From contig CALXMQ010000002.1 of the NCBI GenBank assembly GCA_944389515.1, positions 3,233 to 67,232 of the forward strand: a stretch of 64,000 nucleotides of DNA, given 5' to 3'. This DNA is from an uncultured Alphaproteobacteria bacterium. GTDB taxonomy: Bacteria; Pseudomonadota; Alphaproteobacteria; Rs-D84. Below are positions 28,167 through 36,195 of the stretch, in pieces. The translations under genes and the position numbers were made by a program. Each line of letters begins with the position of its first letter. The stretch's first letter is position 1. Below the pieces are notes generated by a model. That model did no database searches and was not told the origin of the DNA. It was given only the letters and a program-made list of their open reading frames with translations.

Positions 28167-28356
28167 AATACTCCCCCATTTTTTATTAAAAAATACCGCC
28201 GTGATGAAAGGCGGTTGGAGGTTAAGAACTATCGAAGAATAGTGCCGCTTATTCAATATATTCGCGTGCCCTCCAACCGATGTTGGAGTTTTTTCTTCGA
28301 GAGGTTCTTACACCCCACATTGGTAATCGTCCAATGCGTAATAATTACACAGCATG
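28167..28356 (-). ncRNA. Structured 5' leader or small RNA upstream of the XRE gene, with mutually exclusive helices and a terminator-like hairpin
   Basis: Read on the minus strand: TCGAAGAA(28300-28293)/TTCTTCGA(28239-28232); hairpin CTCCAAC-ATCG-GTTGGAG (28288-28271); GGTTGGAGG (28278-28270) is also complementary to CCTCCAACC (28221-28213). That last segment overlaps the hairpin ACCGCC-N9-GGCGGT (28215-28195), which is followed by ATTTTTT. Confidence 0.4.
28291..28356 (-). repeat. Copy 1 of a roughly 65-nt repeated element (inverted relative to copy 2 at 63931-64000)
   Basis: The reverse complement CTGTGTAATTATTACGCATTGGACGATTACCAATGTGGGGTGTAAGAACC.. matches 63931-64000, including a 20-nt exact core CGATTACCAATGTGGGGTGT (28310-28329 rc). 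Contains the inverted repeat CATTGG-N7-CCAATG. Confidence 0.7.
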
Positions 28357-28417
28357 TTTAACTTTGCAACGGATTTAATAAAACGCCCCGGCGCCATTAT
28401 ACACTGGGGCAATAATA

Positions 28418-28441
28418 AAACGGGGCAAATGCCCCGTTTGT
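28418..28441 (-). terminator. Rho-independent terminator of the 1043-aa Cys-rich gene
   Basis: Minus strand AAACGGGGC ATTT GCCCCGTTT followed by TATTATT, directly after the stop at 28442. Confidence 0.6.
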
Positions 28442-31400
28442 TTAATCCATACTGACGCTTAGTATATCGCCATAATCACCGGCTTCGTCTGCGCCAATAT
28501 AACATTTGATATGACGCCCAACATTTTCCATCCATTCTTCATATGCTGCCTTTTCTGCTGCACTTAAATTGGACTGTTGGATATCGCGTGTGGCCTTGTT
28601 GACCAAGAATCCACCAGCCGCGCCAGTTACAACCGCACCAATCGTTGGCCCCAACCATTGCAAGTTTTTGCCATCTTTCGATTTTGTGGTGCCATCTGCA
28701 TTTTCACAATCAGACCGTAACAAATCCAAATCTGTGGTCGCCTGGGTCTTTAATGATGCAATTTGGCTGTTTGCGGTTGTGGCCGCTTCTTTCTGGGCCT
28801 GGGTTGCGTTGACCGATTTGCCGGCATCAATCGCTGTCTGGGCACTCAACCAATTATTCACAGACGTTTTTGCTGCATTTATAACACCTGTTGCAACATT
28901 CAAAGACTTGGCTTCTGATTCCATACGACTTAGATATGTTGACACATTTTGTGTTGTATTTCTGTTGATAGATTCTTGGATTGCATCTATGAACTTTACA
29001 GCATTATTATTGTCGGTATCTTGTTTGGCCAACCCAGTCAAATTACCAAACGCTGTACCTTGTTGGATTGCACCACCCAGGTACGCACCACCAATCGTGC
29101 CACCCACAGTGCCCAACAATGTTGTCCAGAATTCAACACGGTCATTTTTCTCTTTTTGGGCGGCTGTTTGATCTGCAACCGCGGCATTTGCCAATTCTTC
29201 TAATTCATCTGATGGTATCCAACTGCCGCATGTAAAGGTATCGCCGACGGCAAAGTATGTTGTTGCCCAATCTGCGCCCTTCATCGCATTTTGGATATCC
29301 ATATCATCAGATTGTAATCTGACCTGGACACTGCAAAATGAACCATACAAATCGTTACTGGGGTTGAAATCATTACGTTCCAAACCATTGATTGTATAAT
29401 CGTTTGGTACACGATTGTTTTTCAATTTAACCCACATAAACGTACTGCCGGTATCATTGCCAGTCATAATACCGCCATTGTTCGCAGCCAAGCACATATT
29501 TTGTTCTTGGGTCAATTTGCTGTTATATATGGCTTGGGCTTCTTTTTCCAAATCATATATCAAATCACGGAACAATGTTGATGCCGCCTGGTTTTGTACA
29601 TATGTTGAATATGATGTATAAACAGGTTCATCATAAATCTGGCCGTTGGCGTCAACGGAATAACATGTACCTTGGCTGCCATCATCGGCACTGCATAACG
29701 GATTTCCATTTTCGTCAGTTGCCTGGACTCTGTCTTCGGTTATGCTGGTTGCACCACCGGCGTCAATCCAACCTTCGCGAACATTGGATGCCGCACCCCA
29801 TGATGATGCAGATGCAGAATCCGCAATCTTTAATTTATTCTGTTCGATTGCCAAATGTTCTTTGCATACGTCAGCACTTTTAACGGTATCTAAACACAAT
29901 CCTAATACGACTGTGTAATCCAAAACACCACCGACTTTGTTCATGCTGCGATCAAATGATGTGTTACCAGTATCTGTCAATGATGACGCAACATCAGTAC
30001 GATTGCGATAGCAATTCATGTAATCTTCGCCACACATTGAACGCACACAACTTTTTGCCACAGATTCACATTGTGTACGCATCTGGGCAATCGCAGCGTC
30101 GCTGTAACTGGTGGCCAAAGATGCGTTTAATGACGCAATTACACCAATCGGGTCGCCACTGTTGTTGCTGTATTCAGGGAACAAAGTATCAAACGCATTG
30201 TTATCAATGTATGAATACGTATATCCACCTGTGCTGTCTGGGTTTGCCGCAGCATATTTACAATATGGGTCTGTATTTACAATATCAGAACATCCTGTTT
30301 TGATTTCATTATAACTGACCGAATTATTTATTGTTTTATCAACCGCGCCAAATACCTGGGAATAACACGCAGCCCCAGAACCACCGCCACAAACACGCAT
30401 TGCACAAGATTTAATTGTATCAGCGCAATTTTCTTTGGCTGTGGAATCAAATTCTTCGATTAAATCATTGATGCGCGATTTCATTGCAGAATTCATACGT
30501 GATGCGTATGCTTCGGCAAAGACGTCTTCTTGGTTGTTGGCGTCACTAAGCTGTGATGCAGTTGGCATTACACCATTGCCCAAGAAAGTCGCATAACAAT
30601 ATTTATTAGAACCAATCGTGTCTAAGCAAGAATTTCTGATGTACGATTGTACATTTGAACGTGTGTTTGTATCCGTGGACAATACGATTGAACTGACATC
30701 AACCTGGACCCCGGTATTGATTGCGTCAACCAAATCAATCGTTGAAATTGTCGCAGATTCATAACATTTATATGGGTTTTGTGCACACGCATTTAAGATA
30801 CATTGATCTGCAACCTTGTAACACGTAGAAACCGCATTTACCGCCGCCAGTGCCGCACCTTCGGTAATCATGATGCCAACACGACTGTTGCCAGCTGGAT
30901 TGGCAGTTGTTGTTGCACTGCCGAATAATTCTATTTTTCCTTCGGATTGACAACGTGCCAACGTAGAATCACAGTAAACCATTTGCTTTCTGAATTCACT
31001 GTTGGTGGTGCACAATTCAAAGTCCGCGCCACAAACATTATCACGTTGCAAACATGTTGTATATCTGCGTACACAGTCACTGGTGTTATACATATTAGAA
31101 ATTGCCGCCCCAGTTATCATTTGTCCCAAAACACTGCCATCTGTGGGGTATACGTAATCTGTAACTTCGCCATAAGAATTTTCAGATGCAACCGTCGATA
31201 ACGCCGTCGTCGATGATGTTCCAAACAATGCATTTACACCAGACGCGGTACACTGTGCCAATGTCCCCAGGCATTGCGCCATTTTTCCGTGGAACAAAAC
31301 CTTGGTCGTACATTCTTCGAAATTAGGTCCGCATACATCTGCATCTTCCAGACATGATGTGTACGCTTCGATACATTCGGCATTATCCAACAAATTCGAC

Positions 31401-31573
31401 GTTGTCGTTGTTGTTGTCGTCGTTGTACCCGTTAAATATGCCGTCATCGTAGGCAAACGTCTGGACGCCGTCGTCGCAGTATTCAAAACACTGGGGCGCG
31501 CAGTCAGCGCATATGCCGTCGGGATAACACTGCAAACAGCCAGAAAACCAACAATTTTGTTCAGAATTTTCAT
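28442..31573 (-). CDS. Large secreted/membrane-anchored cysteine-rich protein (1043 aa): signal peptide, poly-Thr, repeated Cys modules, two C-terminal Gly-zipper TM helices
   Basis: ORF 28442..31582 (GTG), with the start moved to ATG MKILNKIVGFLAVCSVIPTAYA| (GGAGTGAG SD). Two tandem C-x6-C-x6-C-x6-C-x12-C-x6-C modules and three C-x6-C-x4-C-x6/7-C modules. TM-like LLGTVGGTIGGAYLGGAI and LGPTIGAVVTGAAGGFLV. Confidence 0.65.
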   Translation of the reverse strand: MKILNKIVGFLAVCSVIPTAYALTARPSVLNTATTASRRLPTMTAYLTGTTTTTTTTTSNLLDNAECIEAYTSCLEDADVCGPNFEECTTKVLFHGKMAQCLGTLAQCTASGVNALFGTSSTTALSTVASENSYGEVTDYVYPTDGSVLGQMITGAAISNMYNTSDCVRRYTTCLQRDNVCGADFELCTTNSEFRKQMVYCDSTLARCQSEGKIELFGSATTTANPAGNSRVGIMITEGAALAAVNAVSTCYKVADQCILNACAQNPYKCYESATISTIDLVDAINTGVQVDVSSIVLSTDTNTRSNVQSYIRNSCLDTIGSNKYCYATFLGNGVMPTASQLSDANNQEDVFAEAYASRMNSAMKSRINDLIEEFDSTAKENCADTIKSCAMRVCGGGSGAACYSQVFGAVDKTINNSVSYNEIKTGCSDIVNTDPYCKYAAANPDSTGGYTYSYIDNNAFDTLFPEYSNNSGDPIGVIASLNASLATSYSDAAIAQMRTQCESVAKSCVRSMCGEDYMNCYRNRTDVASSLTDTGNTSFDRSMNKVGGVLDYTVVLGLCLDTVKSADVCKEHLAIEQNKLKIADSASASSWGAASNVREGWIDAGGATSITEDRVQATDENGNPLCSADDGSQGTCYSVDANGQIYDEPVYTSYSTYVQNQAASTLFRDLIYDLEKEAQAIYNSKLTQEQNMCLAANNGGIMTGNDTGSTFMWVKLKNNRVPNDYTINGLERNDFNPSNDLYGSFCSVQVRLQSDDMDIQNAMKGADWATTYFAVGDTFTCGSWIPSDELEELANAAVADQTAAQKEKNDRVEFWTTLLGTVGGTIGGAYLGGAIQQGTAFGNLTGLAKQDTDNNNAVKFIDAIQESINRNTTQNVSTYLSRMESEAKSLNVATGVINAAKTSVNNWLSAQTAIDAGKSVNATQAQKEAATTANSQIASLKTQATTDLDLLRSDCENADGTTKSKDGKNLQWLGPTIGAVVTGAAGGFLVNKATRDIQQSNLSAAEKAAYEEWMENVGRHIKCYIGADEAGDYGDILSVSMD
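31400..31426 (-). repeat. Nine consecutive Thr codons (ACG/ACA) in the 1043-aa CDS
   Basis: Plus strand cgt tgt cgt tgt tgt tgt cgt cgt tgt, encoding T53-T61. Confidence 0.8.
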
Positions 31574-31660
31574 TCGACTCACTCCATACTTATTGCTTTA
31601 AGTATAACATAAAATCATAATCAGACAAAGGAAAAATACACGAAATATTAAATACATTGT

Positions 31661-31692
31661 AAAAAAATCGGGGTGAAACAACCCCGTTTTTT
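31661..31692. terminator. Bidirectional hairpin terminator downstream of the rluD-like gene
   Basis: CGGGGT GAAACA ACCCCG, flanked by A7 (31661-31667) and T6 (31687-31692). Confidence 0.55.
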
Positions 31693-31695
31693 ATT

Positions 31696-32655
31696 TTATC
31701 CGATTTCATCCAATATTGCCTTGAATTCTGACATATCATCAGGCATATGTGCCTTGAAATGCATGAGCGCCCCTGTTACCGGATGTGTAAAATCTAAAAT
31801 TTCAGCATGCAGCATTTGTCCATTATGCGTTTTCAAAAATTCTAGCATGTCGGGATTTTTAACACTGGCCAATCGATTTGATGCGCGACCATATAATGGG
31901 TCACAGACAACTGGGAATCCATGCGCAGACAAATGTACACGGATTTGATGTGTACGCCCAGTCATCAATGTACAACGAAACAGTGATACACCCGCACGCG
32001 TCCATACGTCTGAAACATTTACAATCGTATGTGCCGGCTTGCCCCCCGATTTTACCATTGTCATTTTTTGGCGATTGCGCGATGAACGGGCGATGTTACC
32101 GGTTATATCTGCGCCATCCCAGTTTGGAACACCCCATACAAATGCGACATATTTCCGTGTTAAATTGTGCGCAGAAAACGTTTTTACCAACCCACGAAAT
32201 GCCGCATCTGATTTTGCAAATACCATTACACCACTGGTATCTTTGTCCAATCGATGCACGACACCTGGGCGTGTATCACCCCCCAATGCCGACAAATGTG
32301 TATGCGCCAATATATTTTGAACCAATGTGCCAGTTTTATTACCAGCCGATGGATACATAACAACCCCACGCGGTTTGTTTATCACAATTATGTCATCGTC
32401 TTCGAATAAAATATCTAAATCAAAATCGGATGAAATATTATCAGCGGCAACATTTGTTTTTTGTTCTGGCACAGTAACAATAATTTTATCCCCATGGCGC
32501 AAACGCGCGGCACGCTTTACCCCCACGCCATTTAATGTAACGTCAAAGCGCTGAATTTCACTGCGTGAAAATTCAGGTAATTGTGCCACCAAAAATTTAT
32601 CCAATCGCATACCTGCGTCGGTTTCTGGTACAATAAAATCACGGATATCTGGCAT
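31696..32655 (-). CDS. rluD: RluA-family 23S rRNA pseudouridine synthase (RluD-like, N-terminal S4 domain)
   Basis: GMRLDKFL S4-like N-terminus, catalytic HRLDKDTSGVMVFAK and GRTHQIRVH. Confidence 0.8.
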   Translation of the reverse strand: MPDIRDFIVPETDAGMRLDKFLVAQLPEFSRSEIQRFDVTLNGVGVKRAARLRHGDKIIVTVPEQKTNVAADNISSDFDLDILFEDDDIIVINKPRGVVMYPSAGNKTGTLVQNILAHTHLSALGGDTRPGVVHRLDKDTSGVMVFAKSDAAFRGLVKTFSAHNLTRKYVAFVWGVPNWDGADITGNIARSSRNRQKMTMVKSGGKPAHTIVNVSDVWTRAGVSLFRCTLMTGRTHQIRVHLSAHGFPVVCDPLYGRASNRLASVKNPDMLEFLKTHNGQMLHAEILDFTHPVTGALMHFKAHMPDDMSEFKAILDEIG

Positions 32656-33146
32656 TATTTATATTCGTCCCAATCAGGCCCCTTGTCACATTTACCCAAA
32701 TCAATGGTCAATTCACGCCCAGATGATTCCACCGGACACGTTAAAATACCGGTACTGACCGCCTGGTCTGCATCACGCGTGGCATTACGCCATGTAAATT
32801 TAATTTCATCTGGGGCATACAGGCATGCGATACGCAATTCTCCTTCGTGGCGATTGCGTGGACCAATCCATACACGTACCCCTTCGCCCAGGCCATAGCA
32901 CGGAAAACCATCCAAATAATATAAAACCAATCCACGACCAACAATACCAGATGATGGAATAAATTCACCACGATATTCAGAATATCGTAATCCGGTTAAA
33001 CCTTCCCAATCTGTACTGGTGGAAAAAATGCTGACCCGTGGCGCTGGTCCCGGGGTACTGGGCGTATCAGGTGTTTCAGAATCCGCACAAAACGCCGTGC
33101 CCACAATACTTAAAACCGCAATGACAGAAAATAAAATCTTTTTCAT
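32655..33146 (-). CDS. Secreted hypothetical protein (163 aa)
   Basis: Signal MKKILFSVIAVLSIVGTAFC|A, a Pro/Thr linker and 4 further Cys. Abuts the genes on both sides (operonic). Confidence 0.5.
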   Translation of the reverse strand: MKKILFSVIAVLSIVGTAFCADSETPDTPSTPGPAPRVSIFSTSTDWEGLTGLRYSEYRGEFIPSSGIVGRGLVLYYLDGFPCYGLGEGVRVWIGPRNRHEGELRIACLYAPDEIKFTWRNATRDADQAVSTGILTCPVESSGRELTIDLGKCDKGPDWDEYK

Positions 33147-33656
33147 TTATTCACCTTGGGCTTCTAATTCAACCGAAATCTTGTCAACGTTTGCCACCGG
33201 CACAGATAAAGTATGTGAAAACAAAACGTTATCACCAGCATCCAACAATGTTGCAGACGGCATAAAACGTTGACGATCAACAATTTTGCCGTTTGAATCA
33301 TATGAATAAACAATCAATCCAGGCACACCATATATTTGGTCAGAACGATTTAATACACGCCCAGATATCACAAAACGTGTGATATTATTTTCATCAGTTG
33401 TTGTTGTGACATCGTCCAATTCTGCAACCAATGGATGTTCGCGAATTTCTGTGATACGATGCTGATACATAACAGCCACCGCAAACACAATCGCCGCCAA
33501 CAACGCACACAGTGCCGCAATAAACACCAATATCGGACTGCGCCGTGGGGGACGTGACACCGTCCATGTATGCCCACATACAGCACACTTTACCGGCCCA
33601 GTCGGTACGGCATCCAAAGAATATTCTGTTTTGCAAAAATCACATACTGTCTTCAT
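33147..33656 (-). CDS. MJ0042-type zinc-ribbon protein with one TM helix (DUF3426-like architecture)
   Basis: CDFCKTEY..x..VKCAVCGHTW zinc ribbon, then PILVFIAALCALLAAIVFAVAV TM, then a roughly 100-aa C-terminal domain. Confidence 0.6.
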   Translation of the reverse strand: MKTVCDFCKTEYSLDAVPTGPVKCAVCGHTWTVSRPPRRSPILVFIAALCALLAAIVFAVAVMYQHRITEIREHPLVAELDDVTTTTDENNITRFVISGRVLNRSDQIYGVPGLIVYSYDSNGKIVDRQRFMPSATLLDAGDNVLFSHTLSVPVANVDKISVELEAQGE

Positions 33657-33676
33657 ATGACGATTTATACCATAAT

Positions 33677-34993
33677 TTATTCTAAATTCAACCGCTGATA
33701 TTTTGCACGAACCACGTTTTGAATTTCTTTGATTGCGTTCATATAATCTGATACAGTTGCGTTACCATTTGATGCAACCGCACCAAATATACGGGCAGAA
33801 TCTGTATCAGTGGCACCTTCGTTATATATCAATAATGATGCATTATCACCTAAATCACGCAAAGTAATATCAAATAAATGCGCAACATCTGAATTCAAGT
33901 CCCAAAAATAGTTTGAATTTCTGGAATCTTCTATTCTGTCACGTACCTGTAACCGTGGGGTTATAGAACCTGCGAACCCAACCGTTACATACATCGCATC
34001 AATCGTACCGGCTGTCATATCCAAAGATCTGTTTATATCCAATATTGCTGGACCATCTTCGTCAGAATAAATAGACAATCCCCCCAGCGTCATATTTGTA
34101 ACAAACAAATCGCCTGTGGTAAAACTGGTAAATTTACCAATGTCTGCCAAAGAAAAGTTTTTAGCAACTTCCATCGTTCGTGAATCAGATGACAATGTCC
34201 CTGATATGGTTGCATTACGTACATTTAATATTTTATCTAATGTCGTACGGTTTTGGAAAATAACATCTGTGGCAACCGTAACCCCCAGTGTCAAAGTTTC
34301 ACCGAATTCTGCGGCATTTGTGTTAAAAAATCCAATATTTGAAATATCATGTCCACCTAAATTCAATCCCGACAACATTGTCGCATCAGATGAATTATCA
34401 GTTGGTACACGATATAAATACAACGCATTATCTGTGTTGACCGCAGTTGTTTCAACAATGCCGCCGGTTGTATCTAAACCCAAATCAATCGAATCTGCAC
34501 GCCATGCACCAAATGTCCCATATGCACGATTGCCTTCGATAAATCCCATTGTGTCACCACCCATTGCAACAATTTCACGTGTTCGCATTGGTGTTATTTC
34601 ATCAGACGAATACACAATTACACCCTGTAACGTTGCACGATTTTCAACATCATTTGATTTCAAAATACGCAACTGGTATTTTGTATCAGATGCCAAATCT
34701 GGTGCCAATCCATATTCTGATAAATCAGCAATGTTCACACGCGTTATATTACGACCAACGGTATTTAATAATTCTGTACGATTATCCACAATATATCGTT
34801 CCAGCGCAGTTTGAATATCCGACATTTGTTCTGCAATCGCGATATTTTCTGCGCGTACAACCAAACTTTGTTGATATCTGAAAATAAACGGCATGATAAT
34901 GGCCGCCAATGCAACACTCATCAACAATTCAACCAACATAGAACCACGTTGGTTATGTGTTGTATCTGAAAAAAATCTGCACATTTTTATCAT
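33677..34993 (-). CDS. Large prepilin-like (pseudopilin/modular pilin) protein 3 (438 aa)
   Basis: ORF 33677..35026, with the start moved to MIKMCRFF (ATGA overlap with the upstream stop). Has ..HNQRG|SMLVELLMSVALAAIIMPFIF with Glu at +5. The C-terminal half is repetitive and beta-rich, with LNLGGHDISNIG. Confidence 0.55.
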   Translation of the reverse strand: MIKMCRFFSDTTHNQRGSMLVELLMSVALAAIIMPFIFRYQQSLVVRAENIAIAEQMSDIQTALERYIVDNRTELLNTVGRNITRVNIADLSEYGLAPDLASDTKYQLRILKSNDVENRATLQGVIVYSSDEITPMRTREIVAMGGDTMGFIEGNRAYGTFGAWRADSIDLGLDTTGGIVETTAVNTDNALYLYRVPTDNSSDATMLSGLNLGGHDISNIGFFNTNAAEFGETLTLGVTVATDVIFQNRTTLDKILNVRNATISGTLSSDSRTMEVAKNFSLADIGKFTSFTTGDLFVTNMTLGGLSIYSDEDGPAILDINRSLDMTAGTIDAMYVTVGFAGSITPRLQVRDRIEDSRNSNYFWDLNSDVAHLFDITLRDLGDNASLLIYNEGATDTDSARIFGAVASNGNATVSDYMNAIKEIQNVVRAKYQRLNLE

Positions 34994-36195
34994 TGCATTG
35001 TTTCCTGGGGCATCAATGTTTGCCAATCCGCAGACATAATCGCGTTAAATTCTGATGTATTTGGTGCTGGGGGTACTGTGGCACGATCTAAATACAAAGC
35101 AGAAAATGCCGGCGGCGTGTATGATGGAAATGTCCACGACCCAATACGAACAGGCGCCGTGGTTGACATCAGCAATTCACCAGATATTGTTAAACCAAAA
35201 TCTTCGTAAAAAACAATTTCTTCGGTTGATAAATATGATGTTATAACCGTATGTGCCGTAATACCAGTAAATCCACTGATTGTACGGGTTGAATCAGATT
35301 TTAATATTAAATCCCCAGATACATTTACAGAATCAACCACTGTTGCACGATCTGTAATAATCCGTCCCTGGGTTGTATATGATTTGCCATTTAATGTATC
35401 TGCGTATATATTTCTGAACCCAGATACATCACCCGTCACACGCATCGAATTAAATGTTGCCTTGTCCCCATCTAAATTCGCGCCAGATGAAAAGAACAAT
35501 GTATCTGCACCCAATGTTGGGGTCTCAATAAACTGGGTTGATGCGCCGTTTATTTTAGCAGACTTGGCAACCACAGAACCAACATCATATACGCGATTTC
35601 CGTTCATATTCAAATCACGCATCATCATGTTCAATTTTTCTTCGCCTGTTTCGGTACGATGTAAATATCTGGTTTTATCTTCGCCATCTAAATCACGCGA
35701 TATCCGATATATTAAATTCCCTGGTCTGAAATCTGGGGCCGCCACCGCCCATGTGCGTCCATATGCAATACCATCATTTCCAACAACCGCGGCATCTGTG
35801 CCGATATGACGCGCAATACGTGTTGTTTGTAAATCAGTACCGGTTAAATCAAATGCCATATATACATCTGTGATTGTTGCGCCATTGACTGTATATTTAT
35901 CAATAAATCCAGCAACAGGCATCGTAGATATTTCATCTAATTCTTGTTCTGATAATTTTATTTGCGCATTTTCTGGCCAATCATTTTGATTCAGTCGTAC
36001 AAAGTTCAACACATTATCACGCAAATCTATGATTTTATTTGCCATTGCCATATCACGCAACGTATCGTTTGTATCTGATATTTGATTATATAAAAATGGC
36101 GTTGCCATTGCGACAATAGCCATGGCCAGTAATACTTCCAGCATACTGGCACCACGTGCGGAATCTGTAAAAATTTTTGTTTTACATACAGTCAC
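34990..36195 (-). CDS. Large prepilin-like (pseudopilin/modular pilin) protein 2 (401 aa)
   Basis: GTG start. Has ..DSARG|ASMLEVLLAMAIVAMATPFLY with Glu at +5. The C-terminal half is beta-rich, with LNMNGNRVYDVG. Confidence 0.55.
   Translation of the reverse strand: MTVCKTKIFTDSARGASMLEVLLAMAIVAMATPFLYNQISDTNDTLRDMAMANKIIDLRDNVLNFVRLNQNDWPENAQIKLSEQELDEISTMPVAGFIDKYTVNGATITDVYMAFDLTGTDLQTTRIARHIGTDAAVVGNDGIAYGRTWAVAAPDFRPGNLIYRISRDLDGEDKTRYLHRTETGEEKLNMMMRDLNMNGNRVYDVGSVVAKSAKINGASTQFIETPTLGADTLFFSSGANLDGDKATFNSMRVTGDVSGFRNIYADTLNGKSYTTQGRIITDRATVVDSVNVSGDLILKSDSTRTISGFTGITAHTVITSYLSTEEIVFYEDFGLTISGELLMSTTAPVRIGSWTFPSYTPPAFSALYLDRATVPPAPNTSEFNAIMSADWQTLMPQETMQ

Noticed and set aside
28569-29171. 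200-aa plus-strand ORF, and other plus-strand ORFs within 28.4-31.6 kb
   Set aside because: They are antisense to the 1043-aa Cys-module gene, which has a signal peptide, SD and terminator.
34116-34814. 232-aa plus-strand ORF inside the third prepilin-like gene, and 141-aa ORF 35384..35809 inside the second
   Set aside because: They are antisense shadows of the longer minus-strand ORFs, which form a coupled operon with recognisable N-terminal signals.
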